A stretch of 64,000 bases of DNA, taken from NCBI GenBank assembly GCA_002269645.1, contig NIVC01000328.1:62001-126000 (forward strand), read 5' to 3'. The notes below the pieces were generated by a model. It saw nothing but the letters and a program-made list of their open reading frames with translations, ran no database searches and was not told where the DNA came from. Origin of the DNA: Macrostomum lignano. Its lineage: Eukaryota. Shown here piece after piece: positions 60,199-64,000 of the stretch; position 1 is the stretch's first letter, and each line of letters starts with the position of its first letter. The position numbers and the translations under genes were made by a program.

Positions 60199-60571
60199 GC
60201 AGGGCCGGCAAACTTATTTAACCTCAAGGGCCTAATAAAGGATCTACATGAAGCTCATGACTAGGCTGCGGGTCTTATAAGAGCGGAAATGAGAGGGAAT
60301 AGAAGATGAGAGACGAGAGATGGGGTGAGAGAAAATTTAGAAGATAAGAGAGAAAAGGGGGAAGAGGAGAAGAAGAGAGAGGGGAGAGGGGAGGGGAGAG
60401 AGAAGAGAGAAGAGGGGAGAGAAGAGGAAAGAAGAGAGCTGAAATTGACAAGCTTGAAAAGTTTGAAAATTTGACAGGATTGCTATTGTGAAGTTTCCAA
60501 GAACCCGAGGGCCGGATAGAGAGGCTTAGCGAGCCGCATGTGGCCCGCAGGCCGTAGTTTGCTGACCCCAT
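60199..60571 (+). mobile_element. hAT-type MITE, copy 3, inside the mucin-like gene intron
   Basis: Ends GCAGGGCCGGCAAAC ... GGCCCGCAGGCCGTAGTTTGCTGACCCCAT. Imperfect 8-bp TSD ACTTAGCT/CGTTAGCT. Confidence 0.78.
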
Positions 60572-60583
60572 CGTTAGCTACAG

Positions 60584-60756
60584 AGTTGTCCGAAGACACA
60601 GAGAGGTGCGAGTCGCCCATTACGTTAATATGGAGCCAAGGCGCGGGCCAAGCTCCAGAGATCACTGAAGCGCCAAAGACTCCGACTGTCCAACCGACTC
60701 AACGAGCTTCAGAGATCATTGAAGCGCCAAAGACTCCGACTGTCCAACCGACTTAA
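60584..60756 (+). CDS. Mucin-like exon 2 up to the first in-frame TAA (LSEDTERCESPITLIWSQGAGQAPEITEAPKTPTVQPTQRASEIIEAPKTPTVQPT*)
   Basis: The acceptor ctacag at 60583 is in phase with the signal exon. The P/T-rich repeat frame stops in unit 2. May be a pseudogene. Confidence 0.5.
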
Positions 60757-61700
60757 CGAGCTTCAGAGATTACTGAAGCGCCAAAGACTCTGACTGTCCA
60801 ACCGACTCAACAAGCTTCAGAGATCATTGAAGCGCCAAAGACTCTGACTGTCCAACCGACTCAACGAGCTTCAGAGATCATTGAAGCGCCAAAGACTCCG
60901 ACTGTCCAACCGACTTAACGAGCTTCAGAGACTACTAAAGCGCCAAAGACTCCGACTGTCCAACCGACTCAACGAGCTTCAGAGATCATTGAAGCGCCAA
61001 AGACTCTGACTGTCCAACCGACTCAACGAGCTTCAGAGATCATTGAAGCGCCAAAGACTCCGACTGTCCAACCGAATTAACGAGCTTCAGAGACTACTAA
61101 AGCGCCAAAGACTCCGACTGTCCAACCGACTCAACGAGCTTCAGAGATCATTGAAGCGCCAAAGACTCCGACTGTCCAACCGAATTAACGAGCTTCAGAG
61201 ACTACTAAAGCGCCAAAGACTCCGACTGTCCAACCAACTCAACGAGCTTCAGAGATCACTGAAGCGCCAAAGACTCCGACTGTCCAACCAACTCAACGAG
61301 CTTCAGAGATCACTGAGGCGCCAAAGACTCCGACTGTCCGACCGACTTAACGAGCTTCAGAGACTACTAAAGCGCCAAAGACTCCGACTGTCCAACCGAC
61401 TCAACGAGCTTCAGAGATCACTGAAGCGCCAAGACTCCGACTGTCCAACCGACTCAACGAGCTCCAGAGATCATTGAAGCGTCAAAGACTCCGACTGTCC
61501 AACCAACTCAACGAGCTTCAGAGATCACTGAAGCGCCAAATACTTCGACTGTCCAACCAACTCAACGAGCTCCAGAGATCATTGAAGCGCCAAATACTCC
61601 GACTGTCCAACCGACTCAACGAGCTTCAGAGATCACTGAAGCGCCAAAGACTCCGACTGTCCAACCAACTCAACGAGCTTCAGAGACTACTGAAGCGTCA
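60655..61700. repeat. 54-bp tandem repeat, about 19 copies (EAPKTPTVQPTQRASEII in the mucin frame)
   Basis: Units start at 60667, 60721, 60775 and so on. There is a 1-bp deletion near 61431. Confidence 0.95.
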
Positions 61701-62086
61701 ATTGCTACGGTTGCCAGATCAGTTTGAAAGAAGGAACTAACGAAAAGGACAAAAGGGTGTTATAGTTAATTAACTTGGATATGAAAAGTTAGATGAAAAA
61801 AAATAATCGAACAGTTTTTTTCTGGACCTTTACATCGTTTCAATTTTTTTCATCGCTTTACTTTTGTCAGTCTTTCTGGATGAACGTCTTTCTCGCACCA
61901 ATTTAAAGCCAAGCCGCAGAAATTAACTATATTTAGCTCGTAGTTTCGTCTAAAAACAGGAAAAAGTCCAGCTAACAAAATTAGACTCAAGCTAAATTCT
62001 AGCATTAGTAGTACATGTAGCTCTAGAAAAAAAGTGTAATATAAGCAGCGACAGCGGGAGTTTCCATCAATTTCGCAGCTGTTTCA

Positions 62087-63329
62087 TCACAGCTCGTCTT
62101 TCGCTCGCGGTCCTTTGCTCCCTTGCTCAGTTCTCAAACTCAATTCAAAATGTTCGAGTCGGCCGCGCAGCCACTGCTGGAGTCCCGCCATGGCAGCCGC
62201 GTGGCCACCGTCGCTGCCGCCCTCGACACTTGCGTCAAGCCGGAATTCGTCCAGGTGGAACACATCTTCTCTGCCGACCGGTTCGCTTCCACCAAACCGC
62301 CGATTAATCGTCATGAGGAAGCATGGACCCCTACCGAGCTCTGGTCCGCCAAGGACACCCGACCAGTCGATCTGCGGTTCGCCAGCGAGCCTGCGCCACG
62401 GGTTGAGGGAAGCCGCCAGCCAATGGGGATTTTCGTGTTGTCGCTGCTTTCGCTGCTGGACGAGGCGCTTCATCAGTGCCAGCGCAGCGGAAGCTGCTGC
62501 TTGACTCTCAGGGTCGGCAAGCAGAATCAGGAGTGGCTTGCCGTGAATCGCTCCGCCAGCCTCATCAGCATTCCAGTGCTCCGCCTCGGAGGCTGGCAGA
62601 TAGAGATTCCCGGCACTCAGTGGCATCACGGACTGGCCTGAGCGGAGGTAGCGCAGCACTGCATGCAGACTTCTGTTGCTGTGGTCTCGGAGTCGAGCTG
62701 CAGCGAGAGACCCCGTGACCGGGCTTCGATAGACTAGGGAGCCTGGCACGGTGCCGTAGGCAGTCGCCAACCGCCTGCCCGAGCCGATGTAAGCCGGCAT
62801 TTCGACCGCAATTTCCGCCAGCTGGGCAGCCAAGTCTGGATGAAGTCTGTCGGAGCCCTCTGGCAGCAGCAGCACGGCCGCCTCTTTGCTTTTGTCCTTC
62901 TTGCCGGTCAGCCAGAGCGGTTCCGACAGCATCAGCCGATCCACAAAGTCAAGCAGCAGCTGCACGTTTCTGTAGCCGAGAAAAGCCGCCCTTCGCTGCT
63001 TTGTCCAGCCGACAATGGAATGCAGCATTCCAATGCCAAGCCGAGTTCGAAGCCGGTCGCCAGCTGGTGAGGACGTGTCGACAAAGCCGACGCTTTCCAC
63101 ATCTCCTGGCCGCGAGTATTTCGGCAGCAGAGCCAGCAAAGACAGGCTGCTTTGAAAATTCGAGCTTTCTTCCTGGTTGAAGTTGCCGAAGTACACAATT
63201 CGAGCTGATCCACCGCGAAGACTGCCGGAAATTTCCGTTGGCTGTCTGTGGGTGAAGTTGGTCAAAATTTCCAGCTTTCTGGAGAGGTACCGATCCAACT
63301 CCAGCATGTCTAGCTGATGGCTTGCGCAC
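62087..63329 (-). CDS. Last exon of an ER-luminal protein ending in KDEL (probable PDI/thioredoxin-fold-like)
   Basis: Acceptor cttctgtccag at 63330, 414 codons, C-terminus RAKDEL then TGA. The fold assignment is inference. Confidence 0.8.
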
Positions 63330-63777
63330 CTGGACAGAAGCAATAGATGCATATTTAGACAGAAAAAATATTCGCTAAATAACAACATTTCTGCAACTCG
63401 AACTGTTTTGTTCTGTCTTGAATGAGACGCTCTTTCCGTTTGCTCTCCGGAGATCTCTCTAGAGCTCGCCAAGAGCTCGCCGCGTCGGGCATAGTTTATT
63501 ATATATGACACAGAAACAACCCTGAGCTCATAATCGGACAATAGCAACTTGGAAAGGCAAAAAACAGTCAAAACCCGCTCAATCAACGCTAGATTCTTTT
63601 TTGTTAGTTTTTTTGCGCCATTCATATCTTCAAGCGATAATTGCGTAGCTGCACAAGAGTCTGAAAGCTGTCCATAAAAAGTTTGTGTCCACTCGAAATG
63701 TTGATGCCTTGTCTGCACTACTTAAAGTACACAGTAGGAAACTGATTTGCTTTGACACGAGGACCATTAGAAGTCAC

Positions 63778-64000
63778 CGTTGTTGTATCTGGACGTAGTT
63801 ACACTCGTAACTAACTTCTAGTGGTCCATGCTTTGACAATTCTGGGAAGCTAAGATCAAGTATTAAGAAAAGCCTGGCTAACTGTACATGTCTTTGTCCG
63901 GGCAGAGCAGCTTCTACGACTCTCGCGGTTCGAGCACAAAAACTGCATGGCCTGGCTTGAAGTTGCAACTCTTGCCCATTGATGGCCCAACCAGCGAGAC
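63778..64000 (-). CDS. Upstream exon of the KDEL protein with a CSFC (CXXC) motif; runs off the window
   Basis: Open to position 64000. The phase-2 donor CG|GTGACT at 63777 joins the 63329 acceptor in frame (QQR-CASHQ). Confidence 0.7.

Noticed and set aside
61043-61740. Coiled-coil-like KRQRLRLSNRLNELQRSL ORFs
   Set aside because: Off-frame reading of the 54-bp array. This frame also has TGA in upstream units and is not in phase with the signal exon.
63330-63718. N-terminal 130 aa of the 543-aa minus-strand ORF
   Set aside because: It is AT-rich and bounded by an in-phase GT donor (63777) and AG acceptor (63330). It is best read as an intron that happens to be stop-free.

Overview
Eukaryotic (animal) genomic DNA with GT-AG introns. 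About 55-60% of the window is tandem repeat. The GC3-rich exons and minisatellite-filled introns resemble the flatworm Macrostomum, but that organism call is inference only. I built these gene models by hand from splice sites and phase: a 4-exon bombesin/endothelin/CCHamide-family GPCR (+, 2629-11577, 474 aa); a 4-exon class I fructose-bisphosphate aldolase (+, 15729-22347, 363 aa); a 3-exon DOMON + cytochrome b561 ferric-chelate-reductase-like gene (-, 47569-44784, 504 aa); a 2-exon GDPD-domain gene with substituted metal ligands (+, 56002-57430); a signal-peptide + mucin-like-repeat gene whose array carries propagated TAA codons (+, 59941 to about 61700); and the 3' part of a CXXC/KDEL ER protein (-, >64000-62087). 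A ~21.2-kb array of a 28-bp satellite (23050-44248) lies between the converging aldolase and b561 genes. It shares a core motif with a 29-bp and a 20-bp minisatellite in the same window. Mobile DNA comprises an internally deleted, RT-less LINE, three copies of a hAT-type MITE and a long-TIR MITE. Nearly all very long ORFs in the supplied track are read-through of non-coding repeats. The possible exception is a frame the track omits: ETPVETQIHA repeats at 58412-59884.
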